A DNA stretch of 32,000 bases from Limnohabitans sp. MMS-10A-178 (GCF_003063375.1 NZ_NERY01000004.1:137420-169419), one strand, 5' to 3'. Shown: positions 10,119 through 18,570, numbered from the stretch's first letter. A program made the numbers and translations. Notes: generated from the letters alone by a model not told the origin.

Positions 10119-10145
10119 GTGCATTAAGTGCATTAAGTGCATTAA
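10119..10145. repeat. 3 tandem copies of the 9-mer GTGCATTAA (plus a degenerate copy at about 10100-10110)
   Basis: Read directly: GTGCATTAA GTGCATTAA GTGCATTAA. The last copy supplies the TAA stop (10142-10144 on the minus strand) of the dioxygenase gene. Confidence 0.9.
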
Positions 10146-11035
10146 GGAATGGGTGGCATTGGAAAATGCATTTCACCCGCCTGCAAAACAAAGTCGTACT
10201 CAAGTGAGTAGCCTACCTCGCCAGGGGCAGTGCGCTTTTTGAATTTGCCAACCAAGCTTTCCACCACGGAGAAAGTGACATCGGTGTGCAGTCGGTGATC
10301 GTCGTCTGCAAACACTTGGGTAATTAACACCTGGTAGCCTGGTTTGGAAATCATGTAGTGCACATGCGCAGGGCGATAGGGGTCGCGCCTTTGTGCGCGC
10401 AGCAAATCGCCACAGGGGCCGTCGACTGGCACGGGGTAGCCAGAGGGGCGCACCGATTTGAAACTGAACTTGCCGGTGGCATCGGTTTTGAAGCGGCCAC
10501 GCAAATTCATGTCGGGCTGCTCTTCGTCTTGGTTTTCGTAAAAGCCCAGAGGGGAGGCTTGCCACACATCCACTTCGGCGCCTTCAATAGGCTGGCCTTG
10601 TGCATCGCGCACATGGCCAGTCACTTCAAACAATTGATCGGTTTGCTTGGATTCTGGGCCGTGCGAGATGTTGCCACCCGACTCATAGACGGGTGCGTTT
10701 TTACGCCAAAAGGGTCCCAACAGCGCTGACTCGGTTTGATACTGACCTGCCTTTTCTGCGCGCTTCACATTGTTGATGAGCGTGATGAGGGTGGAGGCAC
10801 CCAAAATATCGGAAGCCAAAATGACTTCGTTCTTTTTCTCGCTGGTGTTTTTTCCAAGGCCTACCAAAAACTCACAGCCTTTTTCGAACTCAGCATCGGA
10901 AGGCTCAACCTCGCGAACAAAGGCGTGAAGGTGTTTGACAAGCGATTGCATCACCTCACGCAGACGAGGGTCGGGCGTTTTTTCAAATACCTCCAAAACC
11001 TGCGCGGTGATGTTTTCTTGAGTTACAAAGGTCAT
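10142..11035 (-). CDS. intradiol ring-cleavage dioxygenase (hydroxyquinol/catechol 1,2-dioxygenase family)
   Basis: 297 aa with an N-terminal dioxygenase_N-like helix region. The catalytic region includes GYPVPVDGP and RPAHVHYMI, typical of intradiol Fe(III) dioxygenases. Confidence 0.8.
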   Translation of the reverse strand: MTFVTQENITAQVLEVFEKTPDPRLREVMQSLVKHLHAFVREVEPSDAEFEKGCEFLVGLGKNTSEKKNEVILASDILGASTLITLINNVKRAEKAGQYQTESALLGPFWRKNAPVYESGGNISHGPESKQTDQLFEVTGHVRDAQGQPIEGAEVDVWQASPLGFYENQDEEQPDMNLRGRFKTDATGKFSFKSVRPSGYPVPVDGPCGDLLRAQRRDPYRPAHVHYMISKPGYQVLITQVFADDDHRLHTDVTFSVVESLVGKFKKRTAPGEVGYSLEYDFVLQAGEMHFPMPPIP

Positions 11036-11088
11036 CTAAAACTCCAAACGGGCGTGAGCAAAATTTTGCATTGATGATGATTATCAAG

Positions 11089-11970
11089 TTATTTGTATTT
11101 GGCTTCCAGAGCGTCAAACAATGGTTTTTGAACCAATGCTTGGCGTTCGGCAAAAGTGGCCACCACACTTGCGTCTTCTTGCAATTGGCCCTGATTTTTT
11201 AGCAGGGTGAGGGCTTGAGTCATGCCTCGAACAGCGCCTTGAAGCGCGGCGTTGGCATAGAGCACCAAGCCAAACCCCATTTCAGCCAACACGGGCTGCG
11301 CCAAAGCAGGGGTTTTGCCGCCAATGACCACATTGACAATTTGCGGACAACTCAGCTCTTTGGCAATGCGCTGCATTTCCTCGATGCTTTCAGGTGCTTC
11401 CACAAACGTCATGTCAGCACCATGTTCTGCATAGGCCGCGGCTCGATCTAGCGCTTCATTGATGCCCAACACTGCGCGTGCATCGGTGCGAGCAATGATT
11501 AAGAAATCTGAGTGCTGACGTGCATCGACAGCTGCCTTGATTTTGCCAATCATCTCCTCTGCTGAAACAACTGCTTTGCCTGCAAAGTGACCACACTTTT
11601 TGGGCATCAGTTGATCTTCAAGTTGAATTGCATTGGCACCCGAACGTTCTAAGGTGCGCACAGTTTGGCGCACATTCAGTGCGTTGCCAAAGCCTGTGTC
11701 GGCATCGACAATGATGGGCAATTCAACGGCATCTCTGGTGGCGGCAGTGTGCTGGGCTAAGTCGCTTAAGCCAATAAAGCCCAAGTCGGGAATGCCATAA
11801 AAGGTATTGGTAATGCCTGCGCCGCTGAGGTAGACGGCTTCAAATCCAACCTGTTGAATAACTCTTGCGGCCAATGCGTTGGCAGCACCGGCGACCAACA
11901 GGCCGTTTTTGGCATTCACTTTTTGCCTAAGCAAAGTGCCAGGGTGTAGGCTCTGAGATAAAGAAGTCAC
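11089..11970 (-). CDS. isocitrate lyase/PEP mutase family protein (methylisocitrate-lyase-like or oxaloacetate-decarboxylase-like)
   Basis: 293 aa. Motifs IIVDADTGFG and LEDQ..PKKCGH are characteristic of the ICL/PEPM superfamily. GTG start at 11968-11970 immediately follows the upstream stop. Confidence 0.75.
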   Translation of the reverse strand: MTSLSQSLHPGTLLRQKVNAKNGLLVAGAANALAARVIQQVGFEAVYLSGAGITNTFYGIPDLGFIGLSDLAQHTAATRDAVELPIIVDADTGFGNALNVRQTVRTLERSGANAIQLEDQLMPKKCGHFAGKAVVSAEEMIGKIKAAVDARQHSDFLIIARTDARAVLGINEALDRAAAYAEHGADMTFVEAPESIEEMQRIAKELSCPQIVNVVIGGKTPALAQPVLAEMGFGLVLYANAALQGAVRGMTQALTLLKNQGQLQEDASVVATFAERQALVQKPLFDALEAKYK

Positions 11971-12984
11971 TTAATCTTCTTTCATGCCAGCGGCGCGAAT
12001 GATGTTGCCCAACTTGGCGCGCTCTGCATTCACAAATTCATTGAAGCTGGCGCGTGTGCCACCCACGGGTTCAATGCCCATGGCTTTGAGTCGATCGGTA
12101 ATGGCGGGATTTTTCATGGCGGCATCGACGGCTGAAGCCAGCTTGTCCATGATTTCTGGTGGCACACCCACGGGTGCATGAATGCCTGCCCAATGTGCAA
12201 TCTGAATTTCAGGAAAACCCAGCTCGGCTGTGGTGGGCAGGTCGGGCGCTGCAGACATGCGCTTGGTCCAGGTGGTGGCCAAAGCCCTGAACTTGCCGCC
12301 CGCTTGTGTATGCGGCAACGACACAATACTGGCTTCAGATGTGCCCTCTACTTGCCCACTCATGACTGCAGTTGAGCCTTCAGAGCCACTCTTGTAAGGG
12401 ACTGGAATGAGCTTGGTGCCGTAATGCATGTTCATCATTTCGGACACAAAGTGCGGGGTGCTGCCAGTGCCCGCTGTGGCGAAATGTGCGCCTTGACCTT
12501 GCTTGGCAAACTCAATGAACTCTTTCAAATTATTGTGCTTAGATTTGGACGAAGTGACGATGATGGAAGGAGCCAAACCAATCATGACCACGGGCACCAA
12601 CTCATTGTCTTTGTAGGGCGCAGACTTTTTGATCATGGTGTTGGATATAACACCCGCAGCACTGATTAAAAATGTGTAGCCATCGGGCGCACTTTTAATG
12701 CCCAGCATGGTGCCCAACGTACCGCCTGCGCCTGGCCTGTTGTCAATGACCACTGGCTGGCCCAATACCTTGGAGGCGCCTTCGGCAGCTGCGCGAGCCA
12801 GCAAATCGTTGGCACCACCAGCGGCAAAAGGAACGATGAACTTGACGGTTTTGTTGGGCCAGTTGGCTGCCGCGTTGGTCGTTTGAGCCAAGCTGTTCAA
12901 GCTGAGTCCACAAACTAGGGTGAAGGCAAGGCTTGTTGCAGATTTTTGCAAGATGGATCTGCGGGCGACTTGTAAATGATTCAT
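11971..12984 (-). CDS. Bug/TctC-family tripartite tricarboxylate transporter substrate-binding protein
   Basis: AAGGAGA RBS then ATG 12984. Signal peptide MNHLQVARRSILQKSATSLAFTLVCGLSLNSLAQT, about 337 aa, Bug-like. The track ORF's N-terminal extension overlaps the next gene and is rejected. Confidence 0.8.
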   Translation of the reverse strand: MNHLQVARRSILQKSATSLAFTLVCGLSLNSLAQTTNAAANWPNKTVKFIVPFAAGGANDLLARAAAEGASKVLGQPVVIDNRPGAGGTLGTMLGIKSAPDGYTFLISAAGVISNTMIKKSAPYKDNELVPVVMIGLAPSIIVTSSKSKHNNLKEFIEFAKQGQGAHFATAGTGSTPHFVSEMMNMHYGTKLIPVPYKSGSEGSTAVMSGQVEGTSEASIVSLPHTQAGGKFRALATTWTKRMSAAPDLPTTAELGFPEIQIAHWAGIHAPVGVPPEIMDKLASAVDAAMKNPAITDRLKAMGIEPVGGTRASFNEFVNAERAKLGNIIRAAGMKED

Positions 12985-13069
12985 GCTGTCTCCTTCAATT
13001 TTTATCGTGAGTTTGAATGGCATTGTAATTTTGACCCATTCGGTGATGTCGTGTTGTGAGAATTTGGAA

Positions 13070-13936
13070 TCAGTGTGGTGCCTTAGAGCGCTCTGATCGA
13101 AGGATGAGCAAGCCCGAAATAACCAATAGAAAAATACCAGCCCAGGCAAGCGTGTTGGGCACTTCATCCCACACCACATAGCCAATGAGCAGTGCAAACA
13201 ACAAACCACTGTAGCGAAACGGTGCCACCAAACTCATTTCGCCAGAGCGCATGGCCACTATCAAAAAATAGTAGGCTACAGAAAGAAACACCGAGGCGCA
13301 GAACAGCAAAGCCAGCGAAGTGTTGTCAACGGGCACCCAGGTTTGAGTGAGTGTGATGCCGCCCGCGCCCAATGCCACTGACACGGCGGTGGACAAGCTA
13401 ATGAGAAGTGCGGGCACATGCAGGCCAATGCCCCGAGTGAGTGTGTCGCGTGTTGCATGAAGCAAAGTGGCCAGCACTGCAATCCAAGCGTACACATTGA
13501 AACCCTCAGAGCTGGGTTGAACCACCATGAGCACGCCAGTGAAGCCTAACAAAATGAGTCCGCCGCGAACAACAGTGACACGCTCTTTGAAGAAAAAGAT
13601 GGCAAACACAGTGATGAACAAAGGGGATGCCAAATTGATGGCCGTTGCATTGCCCAGTGGCAAGTGGAAAACCGCTGTGAGATAAGTGAGAGACGCTGCG
13701 GCATCGACAACACCGCGAAGCCACAACTTGGCGTTGAGCATAAGACGCCAGTTTTTGAGATGACCCATGGCTTGGGCCATGATGAGCACCAAAGTGGTGG
13801 CCATCAGGCCGCGTATGAAAATGAGCTGGTGGCCTGGTAATGTGGCGCTAACCTGCTTCACTAGCGCATCGTTGGCAATGAAAAGCGCCATGGCCAGACT
13901 CATGGCCAAAATACCGCGGCGATTGTCAGCGTCCAT
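13070..13936 (-). CDS. DMT-superfamily (EamA-like) transporter
   Basis: About 10 hydrophobic helices in two EamA-like halves. ATG at 13934-13936 (MDADNRRGILAMSLAMALF...). Confidence 0.75.
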   Translation of the reverse strand: MDADNRRGILAMSLAMALFIANDALVKQVSATLPGHQLIFIRGLMATTLVLIMAQAMGHLKNWRLMLNAKLWLRGVVDAAASLTYLTAVFHLPLGNATAINLASPLFITVFAIFFFKERVTVVRGGLILLGFTGVLMVVQPSSEGFNVYAWIAVLATLLHATRDTLTRGIGLHVPALLISLSTAVSVALGAGGITLTQTWVPVDNTSLALLFCASVFLSVAYYFLIVAMRSGEMSLVAPFRYSGLLFALLIGYVVWDEVPNTLAWAGIFLLVISGLLILRSERSKAPH

Positions 13937-13968
13937 GCAGACCTTCCTGGTGACCACGACAAGATCAT

Positions 13969-14000
13969 GAAAAAAGCCCCCTGTGCATGCACGGGGGGCT
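13969..14000 (-). terminator. intrinsic terminator downstream of the tRNA
   Basis: Minus strand: AGCCCCCCGTGCATGCACAGGGGGCT forms a hairpin with an ~11-bp stem, followed by TTTTTT. Confidence 0.75.
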
Positions 14001-14007
14001 CTAAGTT

Positions 14008-14084
14008 TGGTGGCTCTTCACGGATTCGAACCGCGGACCTGTGGATTATGATTCCATCGCTCTAACCGACTGAGCTAAAGAGCC
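14008..14084 (-). tRNA. tRNA with anticodon CAT (elongator Met, or Ile2 if C34 is lysidinylated)
   Basis: Reverse complement reads GGCTCTTTAGCTCAGTCGGTTAGAGCGATGGAATCATAATCCACAGGTCCGCGGTTCGAATCCGTGAAGAGCCACCA. It folds as a full cloverleaf with a 7-bp acceptor stem, a TTCGAAT T-loop and an encoded CCA. G1-C72 excludes an initiator tRNA. Confidence 0.93.
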
Positions 14085-14152
14085 TGAGCCAAAGATTGTA
14101 GCAAACGATTTGGTGAGATTGTTAGAACTTTTGAATAAAGTTTGGGACCTTG
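14046..14152. repeat. left copy of the 107-bp direct repeat (tRNA positions 1 to the end of the anticodon loop, plus ~68 bp upstream)
   Basis: Aligns with 25760-25866 at a constant offset of 11,714 bp. By manual alignment 101/107 are identical. Mismatches are at 14094, 14098, 14111 and 14115-14117, all outside the tRNA part. Confidence 0.9.
14095..14103 (-). promoter_or_regulatory. extended -10 promoter element (TGCTACAAT) for the intact tRNA
   Basis: The minus strand reads TGCTACAAT, ending 10 nt upstream of the mature tRNA 5' end, preceded by an AT-rich UP-like tract. No good -35 is present. Confidence 0.55.
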
Positions 14153-14186
14153 TCATTTAGATTGAAGCTCGCTTTTCTCGCGGCTA

Positions 14187-14256
14187 GGCAAAAACCGTTG
14201 TTCTAAGTTGAGTTCAGCGTGGGGATCGTGCTTGTGGGTGCGTTGAGAAAAAACGC
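14187..14256 (+). repeat. C0: diverged member of the C repeat family, contiguous with the tRNA-upstream repeat
   Basis: GGCAAAAACCGTTG..TTGAGTTCAGCG..CGTGCTTGTGGG aligns with C2 (GCGTAAAAATCGTTGAG..TTGAGTTCGGCG..CGTGCTCGTGGC). It ends in the hairpin GCGTT-N7-AACGC (14240-14256). Confidence 0.55.
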
Positions 14257-14428
14257 TTGACTATATCAACTTTATCAATCAAACTTTTACGAATGTTCAC
14301 TGACTTGTTAAACGCAATCGCTTTTGCTAATGCTTCTACGGCAGGTCAAGTCACGTCTACGCAACTAATGATGGAAATGTTATAGGCGGACTTAGTGAAC
14401 TAAAGGCAATACAAAATGCCACCCCACA

Positions 14429-14457
14429 AAGCCCGCTTACTCAGCGGGCTTTTTTGT
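14429..14457 (+). terminator. intrinsic terminator (AAGCCCGC-TTACTCA-GCGGGCTT + T-run)
   Basis: An 8-bp GC-rich stem followed by TTTTTTG. It lies inside the N-terminal extension of track ORF 14416-15009, which argues for the downstream GNAT start. Confidence 0.7.
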
Positions 14458-14487
14458 TGTCCAAAACTTACCCAAAGGATGATTGAT

Positions 14488-15009
14488 ATGAGTGATTTGA
14501 AGTTTTCTATTCGCAGAGCAGAACCTAATGATGCCGCAGGCTGCTGTGAATTGATGAGAAATGAAGATGTCTTCGCAGGATTGCTTCAGTTGCCATACCC
14601 AACAGAAACAGCTTGGCGTGAAAGGCTTTCAAGTAAATCAAATGAGGGCGACATTCTGTTGGTAGCTGTTGATAACGGTGAGGTTATTGGGCAGATAAGT
14701 TTGTTTGGAAATACACAAATGCGTAGAAGACACGCCGCAATGTTTGGACTCGCAGTGATTGGACACGCGCAGAACAAAGGTGTGGGCTCAGCATTGATGA
14801 AGGCAATGATTGACTACGCTGATAGGTGGACAACATTTCTACGCATTGAACTAACCGTCTATGCTGATAATGCGAATGCTATAGCTTTATATAAAAAGTT
14901 TGGTTTTGAGCACGAAGGCTTGCTACGCAAATATTCGCTGAGAAATGGACGCTTTGAAGATGTGGTTTCTATGGCTCGTTTCAATCCAAATCAGGCAATC
15001 GTTAGATGA
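14488..15009 (+). CDS. GNAT-family N-acetyltransferase
   Basis: AAGGA RBS 8 nt before ATG 14488. The acetyl-CoA-binding motif region QNKGVGSALMKAMIDYA and the fold pattern are typical of GNATs. Confidence 0.8.
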   Translation: MSDLKFSIRRAEPNDAAGCCELMRNEDVFAGLLQLPYPTETAWRERLSSKSNEGDILLVAVDNGEVIGQISLFGNTQMRRRHAAMFGLAVIGHAQNKGVGSALMKAMIDYADRWTTFLRIELTVYADNANAIALYKKFGFEHEGLLRKYSLRNGRFEDVVSMARFNPNQAIVR

Positions 15010-15010
15010 A

Positions 15011-15574
15011 ATGGCAAACTCTATGGAACTCATAACGCCATCTGTTGAAATTAGTGAAAGTTTTTTTGAGGCTTTGGAAAAAGGCTACGTGGATAAGTCG
15101 CGCGGAAAAATTACAACCGACAAAGACATAAACATCATCAAAAATGACTTCTCTGCTTTCGTGCGTACTTTTGATGATTTAGAAGCATCAGCAGATTTGA
15201 TTGCTTTGCCTAATGGGGACAAAGTTGAACGCTTACCAAGCATTACAAGATGGATTTGGGATGAAGGATTCTCAGGTTCAATCTCATTGCGATGGCAGAA
15301 AGGCACAACTGACTTGCCCTACTATTGTTTAGGGCACATAGGGTATGAAGTTGTGGAGTGGAAAAGAGATAAAGGGTTGGCAACTTTCGCATTGAAGTCA
15401 ATGTGTGAAACTGCTCAAAGTATGAAAATGCCGTTTGTAGAAGTCGTCACGGACATTGAAAATAAAAAGTCACAAAGAGTGATTGAGAAATCTAATGGGC
15501 GTTTGATTGAGACATTTACAAAACCAAAGCATTTGGATCAAACGCTTTCAAATCGTTATCGTATCTTTTTGTAA
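15011..15574 (+). CDS. second GNAT-like acetyltransferase (COG3981-like predicted acetyltransferase)
   Basis: ATG 15011 lies 1 nt after the upstream TGA. LRWQKGTTDLPYYCLGHIGYEVVEWKRDKGLATFAL resembles the COG3981 GNAT group (from memory). Its last ~10 codons run into repeat C1. Confidence 0.6.
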   Translation: MANSMELITPSVEISESFFEALEKGYVDKSRGKITTDKDINIIKNDFSAFVRTFDDLEASADLIALPNGDKVERLPSITRWIWDEGFSGSISLRWQKGTTDLPYYCLGHIGYEVVEWKRDKGLATFALKSMCETAQSMKMPFVEVVTDIENKKSQRVIEKSNGRLIETFTKPKHLDQTLSNRYRIFL

Positions 15575-15715
15575 AGTTTGGGGTCCTGAAGGGTGCAACC
15601 CATTTTTACCCACTGCGCACAGATTGTTGAGTCAGGTTTGGTTTCGGCGGGAGAACCGTGTTGCTAGGTTGAACTGGTTGGCAAGGGTTGTTTTACACGA
15701 CAGTTGGTGGTGTGG
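15545..15715 (+). repeat. C1: member of the C repeat family
   Basis: Contains TAAAGTTTGGGGTCC, GTTGAGTCAGGTTTG, CGG-GAGAA-CCG and the terminal hairpin GTTGT-TTTAC-ACGAC followed by AGTTGG. Confidence 0.8.
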
Positions 15716-15774
15716 TTGATGGTAGAAATGAAAAAGCTAGACGAATGCTTGGATTTCTTTATAAATTCAGTTAG

Positions 15775-16968
15775 TTAATCAGTTAAAGACTCCACATCAA
15801 TTTGCCGCCCACTAGCTGCAAACACTTCCTTACCTGCCTTGTTAAGCAACCGAATATTTAACAATCTGACCGGAACAGCATATCTAATATCGGTCACATC
15901 AATCGGACGGTCGAAGGTAGGCTTTGTTTTATCTTCGTTCTTGATCAAGAATGGGTTGTCTTTGGCAAGTGGGTAACGAGGATCGAAAACGACTTCCATA
16001 ACAATCTTTCCCGTTTCAAGAATTTCTTTGGCATCGCCACGATTAAACGGAGTCGAGAATCGTTGCCTTGAGTCTGCACCGTAATCTTTTGTAGCCTGAC
16101 TCAATATCGCAAAACCGTATCTAGTTATACCCATTTCAACTACCTCAATAGAAGCCCCAAGTCTATTTTTAGCCGTATAGGTTTTTAACTTGTGATCCAT
16201 TGATTCAATTTGAATGAATGAGTTATGAAGCCATTTCAAACCTTCTTTTCCACCAGAGTTAATCCAAACTAAATCACGGCTTATGGAGGGAAGAGAAATC
16301 CTAATTACCTCTGAATCTGGGTCAAAATAAACTAACTTCTCTTTTTTATTTTGAGGGTTATCTATGTCAAAGCTAATCTTGTAGCCTCTTCCCTTTTTGA
16401 ATTGGTCTGAATATGCTTGTTTTCTTAGCTCGTATTCGGCTTTTGACTCAAAGTCACCCTTGCTTAGCTTTTCCCCTTGCATAGCTTTGATATCAGCCAA
16501 AAATGAATTTTTGTCTCCAAAAACTACCGGTATTGCTTGCTCGGCTTTTTTTTCAGGCGCTGTAATCACGGGAGAAGGCTGTACAACAGAGGAAGGGGTG
16601 CTACTTTCAGAAGGTACTTTACTTAGCACTAACCCATCGTTTTTACTGCTGCTAGCAAGTTCTGTAGAAGTAACACTGAGTGGAATAATGCGAACTTTGG
16701 AGCGAGCATCACATCTACCAATCTGTCGATCACGAAGAATCTTTTCAATTTGTTGTTCTGTTTTTGGTTTTAAAAGTGGGTGGTTGTATGCGCTGCATAG
16801 ATCGGCATCGCTTTGTGAAGACAAAAGAACAACTCTGTCGTAGTCGATCATTTCTTCGATATTTTTTGACTGTATTGCTCCGCACGATGCAAGAAATACA
16901 GAAATAAAGCCCACCCCCAGCCTTTTTATCGACTGCTTAATGTTTTCTTTATTCAAACCAGTAGCCAT
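15775..16968 (-). CDS. hypothetical lipoprotein
   Basis: Strong RBS AAGGAGA then ATG 16968. Lipobox VFLASC follows a basic N-terminus, then a Ser/Pro-rich linker. No domain was recognised. Confidence 0.7.
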   Translation of the reverse strand: MATGLNKENIKQSIKRLGVGFISVFLASCGAIQSKNIEEMIDYDRVVLLSSQSDADLCSAYNHPLLKPKTEQQIEKILRDRQIGRCDARSKVRIIPLSVTSTELASSSKNDGLVLSKVPSESSTPSSVVQPSPVITAPEKKAEQAIPVVFGDKNSFLADIKAMQGEKLSKGDFESKAEYELRKQAYSDQFKKGRGYKISFDIDNPQNKKEKLVYFDPDSEVIRISLPSISRDLVWINSGGKEGLKWLHNSFIQIESMDHKLKTYTAKNRLGASIEVVEMGITRYGFAILSQATKDYGADSRQRFSTPFNRGDAKEILETGKIVMEVVFDPRYPLAKDNPFLIKNEDKTKPTFDRPIDVTDIRYAVPVRLLNIRLLNKAGKEVFAASGRQIDVESLTD

Positions 16969-17333
16969 ATTTGTCTCCTTTACGCAATGGTTTTACAGCA
17001 TTTCTCTGAACTGTCTTTCGCTGTATTTCAATGCCGTGAACTTAAATTCCACATTATTCAAAACACAAAATATCATCTAACAAATATATTAAATGTAGAG
17101 GATTGAATGGTACCTTCGTAAAGAAGGTAACGTGTTGTTATCCAAATAACTAGAAACTGCTTTCCTCTGGCTCGCCTATGGCAATTAAAACTGAGCCAAG
17201 TTGCATCCAATTTTGAGACACGCTAATTGCACACATCTCTTAAATTCTAAGCAAAATAATCACACAGAGTTGACCATCAACGGAACAATTTTGGACAAAG
17301 GCGCAAAGAGTGCCTTTGTTCAATTCGGAACAT

Positions 17334-17774
17334 TTACTGAGCAAAGCCATCCCTGAGCTTGTTGGCGGCGGCATCAATCTGTGTGTCCAGTTCCCCGTTG
17401 AGCACGGCAGTTTTGATCAGCTCCAGTGTGGGCACCAAGTCTTTCTCACTGCCAACTTCCACTGCCACTTTGCCCTTGGCTAGTTCCAGCACCTTGGTGC
17501 CATAGCGTACTGATAAAGCAAGTTTGCCTGTGTCGGTGACAAACCACCAAGGCTTTACTCGCTTGGGCGTTTCTACTTGACGGCGTATGCCAGTATCCTG
17601 TTCCACGATACTTCGAAACTTGACAGGGGCAAATGTAGTTCCACCTGCTTGCGCTCGGGCTAACTCGCATTGCTCCCATAAACGAAGAACTAACTTGTTA
17701 CGACGAAGTTGGATGGATGGGACACTAGTGGGTTTAACAGCTGCGCTGAGTTTGAGTGTTGATAGAGTTGCCAT
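17334..17774 (-). CDS. hypothetical 146-aa protein (recalls a conserved ~140-aa island-borne family, possibly DUF6641; from memory only)
   Basis: RBS AGGAA then ATG 17774. Visibly higher GC than the flanking island genes. A hairpin lies just downstream (17295-17319). Confidence 0.65.
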   Translation of the reverse strand: MATLSTLKLSAAVKPTSVPSIQLRRNKLVLRLWEQCELARAQAGGTTFAPVKFRSIVEQDTGIRRQVETPKRVKPWWFVTDTGKLALSVRYGTKVLELAKGKVAVEVGSEKDLVPTLELIKTAVLNGELDTQIDAAANKLRDGFAQ

Positions 17775-17917
17775 ATACTTTTCCTTTCAATGTTGATAAA
17801 GCACAGACAATTTTGTGATCTGCTGGCGCTGGTGAGCAACCAATATCCGTCCATTTTGACTGGTTGATATTGCCTAAGTAGCACGAGAAGCTATAAGTCC
17901 TAGGCACCTTTCTTAAC

Positions 17918-18085
17918 TTAAATTGACTGAAGTTTTGCCATCGACTTCTGAATTCCAGCCAATCGCTTTTGCTGCTTCGTCACCTTAAGTCTGTTAGCTG
18001 CTTGATCTGCTCGTTGCTTTAGTGCGTCAGCCTGAAGCTCTTCGGGTGATTTGGGTTTTGTTGAGGTAATTTCACTTAAGCGCAT
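17918..18085 (-). CDS. possible 55-aa basic coiled-coil protein
   Basis: ATG 18085 lies 9 nt after the TGA of the upstream 120-aa gene. Sequence MRLSEITSTKPKSPEELQADALKQRADQAANRLKVTKQQKRLAGIQKSMAKLQSI. No clear SD, and it is below the track's length cutoff. Confidence 0.35.
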   Translation of the reverse strand: MRLSEITSTKPKSPEELQADALKQRADQAANRLKVTKQQKRLAGIQKSMAKLQSI

Positions 18086-18094
18086 ATTTGACTA

Positions 18095-18457
18095 TCAGCA
18101 AATAACAATTGGTGGTGCTGTGTAATTGTTGTCGCTTTCCATATAGACTTTTGCGATCGAGCGAATGACAAGTTTTCTTACTGCTTCATTTTGCGAGTCT
18201 ATTCTTTGAACTCTTTTTACGATTTCTTGAGCAATCATTGATTGAAGTTCTGTAATCTTTTTATTTGGACTTGTTGAATTTTTATGCTCAAGTATTTCAG
18301 ATAGAAAAAGTAGGCTGTTTGTTGGGATGTCTAAGTTTTGTGAACTGACACTTCCATAATAGCCTTCACTTTTCCCTAAATATCTACTGAATTTTCTGGC
18401 TGTTACTTCAGGTAAAGCCATTGATGTCATTTCGAATAGTTGTTTTGTAAAGCTCAT
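18095..18457 (-). CDS. hypothetical 120-aa protein
   Basis: Strong RBS AGGAGA then ATG 18457. No domain recognised with confidence. Confidence 0.65.
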   Translation of the reverse strand: MSFTKQLFEMTSMALPEVTARKFSRYLGKSEGYYGSVSSQNLDIPTNSLLFLSEILEHKNSTSPNKKITELQSMIAQEIVKRVQRIDSQNEAVRKLVIRSIAKVYMESDNNYTAPPIVIC

Positions 18458-18570
18458 AGTTGTCTCCTGTATAAAGTATTTATATGCCTAGCTAAAGCTA
18501 GTCGCGATACAGATTTCTCTTCGAGCAAATCCATATCGCATTTATTTCTTTCAAACTGAAATGATCGAAT

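Noticed and set aside
12985-13209. N-terminal extension of track ORF 11971-13209 (412 aa) overlapping the DMT transporter gene
   Set aside because: An AAGGAGA RBS with ATG at 12984 is followed by a typical signal peptide and gives a Bug-sized protein. The extension overlaps the 3' end of the neighbouring gene and has no protein-like features.
14416-14487. Upstream start (14416) for the first GNAT gene
   Set aside because: The extension contains an intrinsic terminator hairpin and has no RBS. ATG 14488 has an AAGGA at proper spacing and gives a normal GNAT length.
15507-15719. Conserved peptide encoded in the C repeats (track ORFs 15507-15719 and 29398-29583 share VVLHDS)
   Set aside because: Similarity is confined to the nucleotide-identical hairpin segment. 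Frames are not maintained across copies, C2 has stops, and there are no consistent starts.
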